Source: Patescibacteria group bacterium
GTDB lineage: Bacteria; Patescibacteriota; Microgenomatia; UBA1400; PJMF01
Length of the DNA: 64,000 nucleotides
Reading direction: 5' to 3'
Assembly (NCBI GenBank): GCA_039934415.1
Contig: JBDTME010000001.1
Span: 201,417 to 265,416 of the forward strand
Shown: positions 29,418 to 37,800 of the stretch, one piece after another
Layout: every line of letters starts with the position of its first letter
Numbering within the stretch: the stretch's first letter is position 1
Program-made: the position numbers and the translations under genes
The notes under the pieces: generated by a model
Databases searched by the model: none
Told to the model about the DNA's origin: nothing
Seen by the model: the letters and a program-made list of their open reading frames with translations, nothing else

Positions 29418-31643
29418 CTACTCTTCTAGCGATTTAATCCTATCTCTGACGAGAGCAGCCAGTTCAAAGTCCATGTCATTGGCGGCTGTTCTCATAACTT
29501 TATTAAGTTGTTTGATCATCTTGTCTCGATCAGCAGGTAACAAACTCTCTCCATTAATTTCGTTCAAATCAACAATTTCGTTTTTAGTCAGTTGAATCAA
29601 AACTGGCTTTTTCTCGCCTTTTTTTAAGTTTTGAGATTCTCTATTCAAGGCATCTGACAAGCTCTTATACTTAGGTTCGTCTTCCTTGACACGAGTAACT
29701 AACTGGTCGCGGATAGGTTTCAAGATAGTTTCGGCAGTAATGCCATGATCAGTGTTGTACTGCATTTGGACCGTTCTACGCCGATTTACTTCTTCAATAG
29801 CAGCTTTCATCGCCACAGACATTTGGTCTGCATACAAAATGACATGACCTTCATTATGACGAGCAGCTCGCCCCATCGTTTGAATCAGAGCAGTTTTAGA
29901 TCTTAAAAATCCAGCTTTATCAGCATCTAAGATTGCTACAAGAGTTACTTCTGGTAAATCTAACCCTTCTCGCAGTAAGTTGATTCCCACTAAAACATCG
30001 TACTCTCCACGTCTTAGATCATCCAAAATATCGGATCTATCCAAGGTTTCCACATCAGAGTGCAGATAAGCAACTTTTAACTCTTGTCCTAACAACGGTC
30101 TTAATTCTTCGTCTTGCAAGTCTTCTAGTAATTTTATGATGTTCTTTTTATCGTTCAGATAATCTGTCAGAACTTCTGACATTTTCTTGGTCAGTGTTGT
30201 GATCAACACCCGCTGCCCTTTGGCTTTACGAATTAAAATTTCTTTGAGCACGTTGGGAATCTGGCCTTCACTTGGTCGAATTTCGATATCTGGATCAATC
30301 AATCCAGTCGGTCGAATCAGCTGTTCTGCTATATTTTCCTTACTCTGTTCTAACTCCCACTTTTCCGGTGTCGCAGACACGTACACAAACTGATTACTTC
30401 TTTCCAAGAATTCAGGAAACTGAAGAGGACGATTATCTAAAGCTGAAGGTAAGCGAAAACCATATTTAATTAATGTTTCTTTACGTGATCGGTCACCAGC
30501 AAACATCCCTCTCACCTGGGGAAGACTCATGTGACTCTCATCTACAATTGTCAGATAACTGCCGTCACCAAAATTATTTGCATTGTGTTGCATGTAGTCG
30601 AGCAAAGTAAAAGGAGGATCTCCTGGCTGGCGACCATCAAAATAGCGTGAGTAATTTTCAATACCGTTTACAAAACCTAATTCTCGGACCATGTCCATGT
30701 CATAAGTTACTTTTTGCTCGAGGCGATACGCTTCAACAATTTTCCCATTATCCCGAAGATCTTTTAGTCTGATTTGTAAATCAGCTTCGATTTGTTTAAT
30801 TGATTCAGCTTGAGTATCAGGATTGGTTTGATAGTGTTTGGCTGGATAGATTACAAAACGTCTGGCTTCATTATCATGCTTAGTACTACTCAGATAATGG
30901 TTTTCAGGTGACGGGAGTAGTTCTGAATCAAGCTTCTTTGGATCTGGCAATACTTTTCCAGTCAACGGATCAATCCAGTTAATACTGTCAATTGTTGCCC
31001 CTGTAGCAACCACCCGAAGTGCCTTATCTTCATATGCCGGCCAAATCTGAATCATCTCCCCTTTAACTCGGAAAGTTCCTCGCCGTAACTCCATATCTGA
31101 ACGCTCGTACTGCAAGTTGATGAGCTGCAACATTAATGTCTCTCGGGAAATAACTTCCCCCTCAATTAGCTCCAAAACGTACTTTCCGTATTCAACTGGT
31201 GAACCCAGGTTATAGATACAGGAAACCGAGGCAACTACAATACAGTCGGGTCTAGTCAATAAATTTGTTGTGGAGGCCAGTCGTAACTTATCGATCTCAT
31301 CATTGATCGTGGCGTCTTTTTCAATATAGGTGTCTGTAGTGGGAATATACGCTTCTGGTTGATAGTAGTCGTAGTAGGAAACAAAGTAACTTACGGCATT
31401 CTCTGGAAAGAAATCTCGAAATTCCTGATACAGCTGTGCTGCTAATGTTTTGTTATGAGAAACAATTAGTGTTGGTTTCTGAACTTTCTGAATCACATTC
31501 GCCATCGTGAAGGTCTTACCCGAGCCAGTCACCCCAAGAAGAGTCTGATGTGAATTACCTGCTTTCACCCATTCAACCAGTTTCTCAATGGCTTGAGGTT
31601 GGTCGCCTGTAGGTTTAAAAGAGGATTGAAGGTCGAATTTCAT
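29418..31643 (-). CDS. uvrB: Excinuclease ABC subunit B (UvrB)
   Basis: LLGVTGSGKTFTMANVI helicase motif I, beta-hairpin region and C-terminal UVR domain (FELAALVRDRIKSLEE). TACAAT lies 9 nt upstream of the ATG at 31643. Confidence 0.95.
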   Translation of the reverse strand: MKFDLQSSFKPTGDQPQAIEKLVEWVKAGNSHQTLLGVTGSGKTFTMANVIQKVQKPTLIVSHNKTLAAQLYQEFRDFFPENAVSYFVSYYDYYQPEAYIPTTDTYIEKDATINDEIDKLRLASTTNLLTRPDCIVVASVSCIYNLGSPVEYGKYVLELIEGEVISRETLMLQLINLQYERSDMELRRGTFRVKGEMIQIWPAYEDKALRVVATGATIDSINWIDPLTGKVLPDPKKLDSELLPSPENHYLSSTKHDNEARRFVIYPAKHYQTNPDTQAESIKQIEADLQIRLKDLRDNGKIVEAYRLEQKVTYDMDMVRELGFVNGIENYSRYFDGRQPGDPPFTLLDYMQHNANNFGDGSYLTIVDESHMSLPQVRGMFAGDRSRKETLIKYGFRLPSALDNRPLQFPEFLERSNQFVYVSATPEKWELEQSKENIAEQLIRPTGLIDPDIEIRPSEGQIPNVLKEILIRKAKGQRVLITTLTKKMSEVLTDYLNDKKNIIKLLEDLQDEELRPLLGQELKVAYLHSDVETLDRSDILDDLRRGEYDVLVGINLLREGLDLPEVTLVAILDADKAGFLRSKTALIQTMGRAARHNEGHVILYADQMSVAMKAAIEEVNRRRTVQMQYNTDHGITAETILKPIRDQLVTRVKEDEPKYKSLSDALNRESQNLKKGEKKPVLIQLTKNEIVDLNEINGESLLPADRDKMIKQLNKVMRTAANDMDFELAALVRDRIKSLEE

Positions 31644-31666
31644 GACTTAACATTGTATCACGAAAA

Positions 31667-33061
31667 TTAGGTCACTTTTAACCCTACTTCCTTCAATTGC
31701 TCATGACTTACTTCGCTTGGTGCGTCCATGACTGAAGTTCTTCCAGTCGAGGTCATTGGGAACGCTACACTCTCTTTCATCGATTCTTCTTGAGAAAGTA
31801 CCATCACTAACCGATCCAGCCCTAGTGCAATTCCACCATGTGGAGGTGTTCCTACACGAAATGCCTCTAACATATGTCCAACACTAGCTTCAACCTCTGC
31901 TTCAGAATAACCCATGATTTCAAACGTCTTCATGAGTACTGCGGGGTCATGTGCCCGAATGCTACCACCACCTACTTCAAAGCCATTACAAACCAAGTCG
32001 TATTGGGCGGTAATAATTTCATCTAAGTGTTCGCCTTTCATGTGCCAGTCGAGATGCTCTGGAATAGGTGTACTAAATGGATTATGGGTAAACGTCCAGC
32101 CACTTTTACCATCCCGAACTTCAGCCGCGTCACCTTTATCTACTTTTTTGAAAAAAGGAAAATCAATCACCCACGCAAATGCCAACTTTCCCTCTTTTTT
32201 ATCTTCTTCAGTACGTAGATCGAAGCGATCAGCACCGTATTTTTTCATGGCGTCTTGGTAGCTAATAACAGGGAATTGCTCATCCTTCAGTTTGCCACCA
32301 ACTTTTTTGACTGCTTCTTTAACAACTTCTTCCATGATTTGCATCACGTCTTCTCGTTGCACAAAACTCATCTCCACATCCACTTGTGTCAGTTCAAAAC
32401 CTCGATCTGCGCGTAAGTCCTCATCTCTGAAACAGCGTGCTAGTTGAAAGTACCTTTCAAAACCTGCTGTCATCAATAACTGTTTATATTGTTGTGGGCT
32501 TTGTGGGAGTGCGTAGAATTTGCCTGGTTGAAAACGCGATGGCACAATAAAGTCTCGTGCTCCTTCTTTCGTCGATTTCGTAAGCATTGGAGTCTCAATA
32601 TTCACAAATTCTCGATTATAAAATGCTTGGCTAATAGCCTCACTGAAAGCAGAACGTAAACGAATGTTTTTCTGCATGCGTTCTCGACGTAAATCCAAGT
32701 AACGATATCGTAATCTAACTTCTTCACTCACCTCTTTACCATCAGTATCAATGCTGAGTGGTAACTCAATCGCCTTGTTGAGAATTTTGTATTCTTGCAC
32801 CTCAATTTCTACAGATCCCGTAGGCATATCTTTATTGACCATTTTTTCTGGCCTCGCTTTAACTAAACCAACGATTTCAATTACAGACTCTGTGGTGAGT
32901 TCCCCCATTTTCTGAAAACCGACGCACTGCACTTTTCCCGATCGATCACGAAGATCAATGAAAGTCAGTTTGCCATGATCTCTCTTGGTATCAACCCAAC
33001 CTTTTAAGGTAATGGTCTCTCCAATTTTTTCAATACTTTCTCTAACTAAAGTGCGTTCCAT
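31667..33061 (-). CDS. aspS: Aspartyl-tRNA synthetase, short (archaeal/eukaryal-like) class IIb form
   Basis: N-terminal OB-fold anticodon-binding domain, then class II motifs (...FERYFQLARCFRDEDLRADR..., ...GGGSIRAHD..., ...GTPPHGGIALGLDRLVMVL...). 464 aa. Confidence 0.9.
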   Translation of the reverse strand: MERTLVRESIEKIGETITLKGWVDTKRDHGKLTFIDLRDRSGKVQCVGFQKMGELTTESVIEIVGLVKARPEKMVNKDMPTGSVEIEVQEYKILNKAIELPLSIDTDGKEVSEEVRLRYRYLDLRRERMQKNIRLRSAFSEAISQAFYNREFVNIETPMLTKSTKEGARDFIVPSRFQPGKFYALPQSPQQYKQLLMTAGFERYFQLARCFRDEDLRADRGFELTQVDVEMSFVQREDVMQIMEEVVKEAVKKVGGKLKDEQFPVISYQDAMKKYGADRFDLRTEEDKKEGKLAFAWVIDFPFFKKVDKGDAAEVRDGKSGWTFTHNPFSTPIPEHLDWHMKGEHLDEIITAQYDLVCNGFEVGGGSIRAHDPAVLMKTFEIMGYSEAEVEASVGHMLEAFRVGTPPHGGIALGLDRLVMVLSQEESMKESVAFPMTSTGRTSVMDAPSEVSHEQLKEVGLKVT

Positions 33062-33065
33062 ATGT

Positions 33066-33412
33066 ATCCTTTATAAAATAATTTATACAACAAAAAACCC
33101 TCTTCTATTCACCAAGTTAATGATGAACAAAAGAGGGTCTCCGCTATTTGCGGGTGACGGTACCACCTCTAGTTGGAATGTTGTTTCACATTCCCTTTGA
33201 ACTGCTATTACGGGCATACCCGTTCCGGTTATGACCCCGGACAACGTTCTCTAGAAGAGAGTCGTGTGGCGTTAATACACTCTGACGTTTTTACGATATA
33301 CAGCATATTGTACTGTTTTCACCTCTAGTTGACAACTGTTTCCCAGAAGAATAGACTTCCTGTCATAATAGCATAACAATTTGAAGTAGTGTTTTTCAGT
33401 ACCTAGAGGCAA
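33066..33412 (-). promoter_or_regulatory. T-box riboswitch leader (Asp specifier GAC) controlling aspS
   Basis: Read 5'->3' on the minus strand: Stem I closed by GCCUCUAGG/CUAGAGGUG (rc of 33402-33410 and 33320-33328), with a specifier-loop-like UAUGACAGG (GAC at 33364..33362). A stem III-like hairpin GGAAUGU-GAAACA-ACAUUCC lies at 33175-33194. The T-box consensus AACUAGAGGUGGUACCGUCACCCG lies at 33151-33174. A terminator hairpin GACCCUCUU...AAGAGGGU plus U6 (33091-33140) ends 30 nt before the aspS ATG. AGAGG upstream can pair with CCUCU to form the antiterminator with a UGGU bulge. Confidence 0.7.
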
Positions 33413-33487
33413 AAGTAATTTGAAATTACCTCCGATATACGGGGGTTTTTTATTTTTATCCCAGCTTTACCAAGCGGAAAGGAATGT

Positions 33488-33709
33488 ATGGCAAGTGGAA
33501 AAGGGTTAGAGAGAGCGTCAGGACAAATGCTCCCTCGTAATATGACATTCAGCGAATCTGGCAATTGTATTGTGTATCGAGGAGATCCTGAAGAACCTAA
33601 TTCATATCAACTTGAAGTACCTCCTGGTGTGCAAATTGACAGTATGGGCAGGGTGAGCAGGGTGAGCAGAGTGAGAAATGGGGAAGGTGAAACAGATAGT
33701 AAACAATAG
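33488..33709 (+). CDS. Small hypothetical protein (73 aa)
   Basis: ORF preceded by AAAGGAA. It contains a 3x tandem 9-nt repeat (GGTGAGCAG, 33650-33680) encoding RVSRVSRV. No recognisable domain. Confidence 0.3.
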   Translation: MASGKGLERASGQMLPRNMTFSESGNCIVYRGDPEEPNSYQLEVPPGVQIDSMGRVSRVSRVRNGEGETDSKQ

Positions 33710-33714
33710 AGTTC

Positions 33715-33743
33715 TTGACACTAACTTGGTTAACATTTATAAT
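33715..33743 (+). promoter_or_regulatory. Consensus sigma70-type promoter (TTGACA-17-TATAAT)
   Basis: TTGACA at 33715-33720, a 17-nt spacer, then TATAAT at 33738-33743. Both hexamers match the consensus perfectly. Confidence 0.55.
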
Positions 33744-33749
33744 TTCAAA

Positions 33750-33872
33750 ATTATGCAACGCCAATTTGTCATTATTACCCGCGTCCTTAACCTTCACAAG
33801 AAGGCGGGGGTATTCGTGATATAAAAGGTAAATCTTTATAAATCACAACCCCCGCAAACGCGGGGGTTTTTT
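33750..33872 (+). ncRNA. Candidate small RNA (about 120 nt) from the consensus promoter to an intrinsic terminator; it may alternatively encode a 23-aa peptide
   Basis: The predicted TSS is about 7 nt after the -10. There is an internal imperfect hairpin CCCGCGUCCUU...AAGGCGGGGG (33778-33810) and a terminal hairpin CCCCCGC-AAAC-GCGGGGG followed by U6 (33849-33872). A tiny ORF runs ATG 33753 to TAA 33824 (MQRQFVIITRVLNLHKKAGVFVI) without an SD. Confidence 0.35.
33849..33872 (+). terminator. Rho-independent terminator
   Basis: Perfect 7-bp GC-rich stem CCCCCGC/GCGGGGG, 4-nt loop, then TTTTTTGTTGTT. Confidence 0.7.
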
Positions 33873-33922
33873 GTTGTTCAAATAAAAAACAACACAATGC
33901 TCGAAAGAGCGGAAAGGACTCT

Positions 33923-34072
33923 ATGACAGGAGTCGAAAATCCAAATGAAGGACAACAAGTTGTGGACTACGATAGTGTCATCAGTAGTATTGACGAAGAA
34001 GATCCTCGATCACTAGCTACAGAAGCAAGTTTGAAAATATTACAACAAGAAGCAACCAGAATTGCTAACTAA
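33923..34072 (+). CDS. Small acidic hypothetical protein (49 aa)
   Basis: ATG at 33923 preceded by GGAAAGGA (5 nt spacing). MTGVENPNEGQQVVDYDSVISSIDEEDPRSLATEASLKILQQEATRIAN. Followed by a hairpin terminator at 34083-34125. Not in the ORF track because it is under 60 aa. Confidence 0.35.
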   Translation: MTGVENPNEGQQVVDYDSVISSIDEEDPRSLATEASLKILQQEATRIAN

Positions 34073-34082
34073 TGCTTTGAGG

Positions 34083-34125
34083 TGTGAAGCCTTCTACTCA
34101 AACGAGTAGAGGGTTTCACGATTTT
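34083..34125 (+). terminator. Rho-independent terminator-like hairpin
   Basis: 14-bp stem GTGAAGCCTTCTAC/GTAGAGGGTTTCAC (with 2 G.U pairs), 8-nt loop, then GATTTTG. Confidence 0.45.
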
Positions 34126-34187
34126 GCTCAGTCTCGCAAGCGGCGAGATTGAACAAAGGACAGAGAGCCTTCTAGAAAGAAAAATTT

Positions 34188-34394
34188 ATGATAGAAACGT
34201 ATCAGCTACAATATACTGTTACTGAAGAACAGCAAAAACTCCTAGAGGAAATAACACAACTTCCTCAGGTTAACCAAGAAGCTTTAAAAAAAATTGCCAA
34301 AGAGACCACCGCGCCAAGAGAGGCAGCAGCTTGTCTATTTTTTCTTGTTTTCAATTCAAAATCACTTAGTGCTGAACAAAAAAGAAAAGTTTGA
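34188..34394 (+). CDS. Small hypothetical protein (68 aa), possibly frameshifted into the overlapping 34294..34503 frame
   Basis: ORF with an upstream A-rich region. The overlapping +1 frame ORF (34294..34503) continues to 34503. An A7 run at 34378-34384 (preceded by TTTTTTC at 34338-34344) could join them. Confidence 0.25.
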   Translation: MIETYQLQYTVTEEQQKLLEEITQLPQVNQEALKKIAKETTAPREAAACLFFLVFNSKSLSAEQKRKV

Positions 34395-34499
34395 AACAAA
34401 AATAGGCGACTGTTTTCAACTGAATGAAATTGAATTTTCAACTATTTTCAGTGAGATGATAGAGCAGTCTTGCCAAAAACAAAAAAAAAGATTCGATTA

Positions 34500-36149
34500 C
34501 TAATCTGTAATCACGACATCCTTTATTACCATCTGAACGCTTTTTTTTCCATTCCATTCATTGATGCCGACAGTGCCTGCAATATCAACTTTTTTTGCTT
34601 GTAAGATTTCCTGTTCTAAGTAACCCCATCCAAATCCAATGCATTCAACCGTCATGCCATCATCATTTCCAATTACCATTTTAAGATGTTTCTTTTCTCG
34701 ACCGAGTGCGTAGGCTTGCACTATCTGCAAATTTTGAAATCCGAAAACTGGATCAGTATTACCATTACCAAACGGTTCAAAACGTTTCAAGGCATTGATG
34801 AGATCTGTTTTAACTAACTCCAAAGAAAGCAGTGCTTCCACTGTGATCCTGGGAATTAGTAAAGCCGACTCAATTTGTTGTTGTGCTAATTTCTGTAAAC
34901 GTTCGGTCACTGAAGTAATCTTATCGGATTGTAAACTGAATCCTGCTGCCATCGGATGACCACCAACATCGATCAACTCATCTCTAACTTGACGAATAAG
35001 CTCAACAATATTTATTCCTGAGACACTTCGTGACGATGCTTTTGCAACATTTTCTCCCACACTAATCACAATCGCTGGTTTGGCGAATTCTTCAACCAGC
35101 TTCCCAGCAATTAATCCAATCACACCTTCGTGATATTCTTTAGAACTTAATACAATCAACTTTTCATGTTCCCATTCATTGGCGCGCTTCAGAGCACCGT
35201 CTACCATTGACCAGGTTAACTCTTGGCGTTGGGTGTTTGTCGTTTGTAAAATCTGAATCAGTTGTAGCGACTTTTCTTTATCCTTTGTACATAGGGCCCT
35301 CAAGGCATCCAAAGCTGACCCCAATCGCCCCATCGCGTTGATTCGAGGTGCGATGGCAAAATTAATACTGTAACTCGTAATATCCTCTGGCTTCACATCA
35401 GCTAACTCATATAAATTTAGCAATCCGATTCGCTTTGTTTTGCGTAGGGCTTCCAAACCATGAAATGCGAAACTACGATTAGCATCAAGTAAAATCATTT
35501 GATCGGCAATCGTACCAATTACACAAAGATCTAACAACTCCGCTGCTTTCTGTCTATTGAGTTCTCGTGCTAAAAACCAAGCCGTCGTCGCTCCACACAA
35601 TTTCGTACTATGCACGACCGCCAACGCTGGAGGGAAATTGGAACCTTCATTCTTGGTTTCCGGCAGGTGATGATCGGTAATAATTGCATCAATCCCTTCT
35701 CTCTGCAATCGCTCAAGCGCTGGATGAGCCACAATTCCATTATCAACTGTAATAATTAAATCTGGTTTTTTATCCACCAGTAAATCATCTAAAGAACGAT
35801 TAGAAATTCCATATCCATGCTTTTCTCTATTTGGAATGAACGGCATGGCTTTGACACCCATCTCATATAACGTCTCCCATAAAATCGCGGTTGCAGTCAC
35901 TCCGTCTGCATCATAATCACCAAATACTACGACATATTCTTTATTCTGTTTGGCTTGTTTGATTCGCGCGACGGCTCGCTGAATCTGAACAGGATCGATC
36001 CCTACTTCTTCTAGAGTTAAATCATTTGGGTGTTTAGGAGAAAAAAATTGAAGTGTAGCATCAGCATCAACACCTCTATTGTGTAACAATAGATCAACAA
36101 CTTGTTCCGCGGTTTTTGGAAGTTCTTTTGATAAAATATCCCACTGCAT
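34500..36149 (-). CDS. recJ: Single-stranded-DNA-specific exonuclease RecJ
   Basis: DHH motifs (VVFGDYDADGVTATAIL, ITVDNGI, IITDHH) plus the DHHA1 region. TACAAT lies 7 nt upstream of the ATG at 36149. Confidence 0.9.
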   Translation of the reverse strand: MQWDILSKELPKTAEQVVDLLLHNRGVDADATLQFFSPKHPNDLTLEEVGIDPVQIQRAVARIKQAKQNKEYVVVFGDYDADGVTATAILWETLYEMGVKAMPFIPNREKHGYGISNRSLDDLLVDKKPDLIITVDNGIVAHPALERLQREGIDAIITDHHLPETKNEGSNFPPALAVVHSTKLCGATTAWFLARELNRQKAAELLDLCVIGTIADQMILLDANRSFAFHGLEALRKTKRIGLLNLYELADVKPEDITSYSINFAIAPRINAMGRLGSALDALRALCTKDKEKSLQLIQILQTTNTQRQELTWSMVDGALKRANEWEHEKLIVLSSKEYHEGVIGLIAGKLVEEFAKPAIVISVGENVAKASSRSVSGINIVELIRQVRDELIDVGGHPMAAGFSLQSDKITSVTERLQKLAQQQIESALLIPRITVEALLSLELVKTDLINALKRFEPFGNGNTDPVFGFQNLQIVQAYALGREKKHLKMVIGNDDGMTVECIGFGWGYLEQEILQAKKVDIAGTVGINEWNGKKSVQMVIKDVVITD

Positions 36150-36243
36150 GAGCCGTATTGTACGGTAGCGTGTATGGTGTAACCAGTAGTGATTACCTCC
36201 AAACGAGTACCCTTTCTGCTTTCACTTGGCTTATAATAGACGT

Positions 36244-37800
36244 ATGGATCTCAAACTACCTGTAGATGTCGTTGCAGTTCTCCATCAAATACAATCAAAT
36301 GGCTTTGAAGCCTATATCGTTGGCGGAGCCGTTCGCGATTTATTCTTATCGAAAGACGTTCCAACTGATTGGGATTTCACCACGAACGCTACTCCAACAC
36401 AAATTCAAAGTTTGTTCCCTGAAAGTTTCTATGAAAATGAGTTCGGAACAGTGGGAATAGATCGTCAACACGTCCGAGATCAGTTTCAATTAAATACTCT
36501 GTCAGAAACCCAAGCAGATAACACTGCATACAATCAGGTTATCAATGTAAAAACAGCCACAAAAATTCATGAATCTTTGAAAAGTGTCAGAGCAGATTCC
36601 CATAGTGAGTTGGCTAGTCCTCAAAATAACCAAATTGAAACAAAAACAATCTTTGAAATCACCACGTTTCGATCAGAAGGAATGTACACAGACTTTCGTC
36701 GACCCGATCAAGTGAGTTGGGGACAGACACTCGAAGAAGATCTTCGTCGACGAGATTTTACGATAAATGCTCTTGCGATCTTCATCGATTTTCAGCAATT
36801 TAATTTTGATAAAACACTAGAGTCACTGAACATCAATGCGAAAGATATTCAAATTATCGATCCTTTCGGAGGATTAACAGATCTGCATAATCACCATATT
36901 CGAACAGTTGGTAAACCAGTCGATCGGTTTCAAGAAGATGCACTGCGGATGTTGCGAGCAATCCGATTTGCAGTACAGCTTCACTTCTCTTTGGATAAGG
37001 ACGCACTCAAAGCGATAAAACAGCATGCCGCGTTACTTCAGCATGTAAGTTGGGAACGCATTAGAGACGAATTTTTGAAAATGCTTGCCAGTGCACACCC
37101 AGCAAAAGCAATCGAACATCTAGATGAGACTGGCATGTTGAAGTTTATTTTACCTGAATTGCTTTTAGCTAAGAGTGTTGTACAAGGTGGTCATCACACC
37201 ACTGATGTCTGGACGCACTCGATTGAAGCACTCCGTGAATGTCCATCAAAGGATCCAATCGTGCGCCTGGCTACACTCCTCCATGACATTGCAAAACCTC
37301 AAACGTTTCGTCAATCAAAAGAAGGCATTACTTTTTATAATCATGAAGTGATAGGTGCTCGAGTAGCAAAGAAAATTGCTGAACGATTAAAATTGTCAAA
37401 ACAAGACACACAACGAATTTTTCTGCTCGTCCGTCACCACATGTTTTACTACCAACCAACTATCACTGATGCGGCCATTCGACGCTTTATGCGAAAAATA
37501 GGTTTGGAAAACATCAATGACGTTCTAGATGTTCGAATTGGTGATCGGCTAGGTAGCGGCGCTAAAGAGACAAGTTGGCGTTTGGAAGAAATGAAAGGAC
37601 GAATGCTTTCTCAGCTCCACCAACCATTTTCTATTACAGATTTAAAGATCAACGGAAATGAGCTAATGACAGAACTCCATTTGAAACCCGGACCAATTCT
37701 AGGTAAATTACTACATCATCTCTTTGAACTTGTTTTAGAAGAACCGGAATTGAACACAAAAGAAAAATTAATTGAAGAAGCGAAGAAATTTATTTCTTAG
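36244..37800 (+). CDS. cca: CCA-adding tRNA nucleotidyltransferase with an HD domain
   Basis: Pol-beta head YIVGGAVRDLFL...DWDF, and HD motif HHTTDVWTHSIEAL...LLHDIAKP. The ORF track starts at 36226. ATG 36244 is preferred because TATAAT (36232-36237) lies 6 nt upstream. Confidence 0.85.
   Translation: MDLKLPVDVVAVLHQIQSNGFEAYIVGGAVRDLFLSKDVPTDWDFTTNATPTQIQSLFPESFYENEFGTVGIDRQHVRDQFQLNTLSETQADNTAYNQVINVKTATKIHESLKSVRADSHSELASPQNNQIETKTIFEITTFRSEGMYTDFRRPDQVSWGQTLEEDLRRRDFTINALAIFIDFQQFNFDKTLESLNINAKDIQIIDPFGGLTDLHNHHIRTVGKPVDRFQEDALRMLRAIRFAVQLHFSLDKDALKAIKQHAALLQHVSWERIRDEFLKMLASAHPAKAIEHLDETGMLKFILPELLLAKSVVQGGHHTTDVWTHSIEALRECPSKDPIVRLATLLHDIAKPQTFRQSKEGITFYNHEVIGARVAKKIAERLKLSKQDTQRIFLLVRHHMFYYQPTITDAAIRRFMRKIGLENINDVLDVRIGDRLGSGAKETSWRLEEMKGRMLSQLHQPFSITDLKINGNELMTELHLKPGPILGKLLHHLFELVLEEPELNTKEKLIEEAKKFIS

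Noticed and set aside
33091-33140. Hairpin CCCTCTT...AAGAGGG first read as a stand-alone + strand terminator
   Set aside because: On the + strand it is not followed by a T-run. On the minus strand it is followed by U6 and sits exactly where the T-box terminator is expected, so it is folded into the T-box feature.
36226-36243. Upstream ATG start for cca given in the ORF track
   Set aside because: This start would place a perfect TATAAT inside the first codons. The -10 at 36232-36237 with ATG at 36244 matches the leaderless pattern seen at eight other genes.
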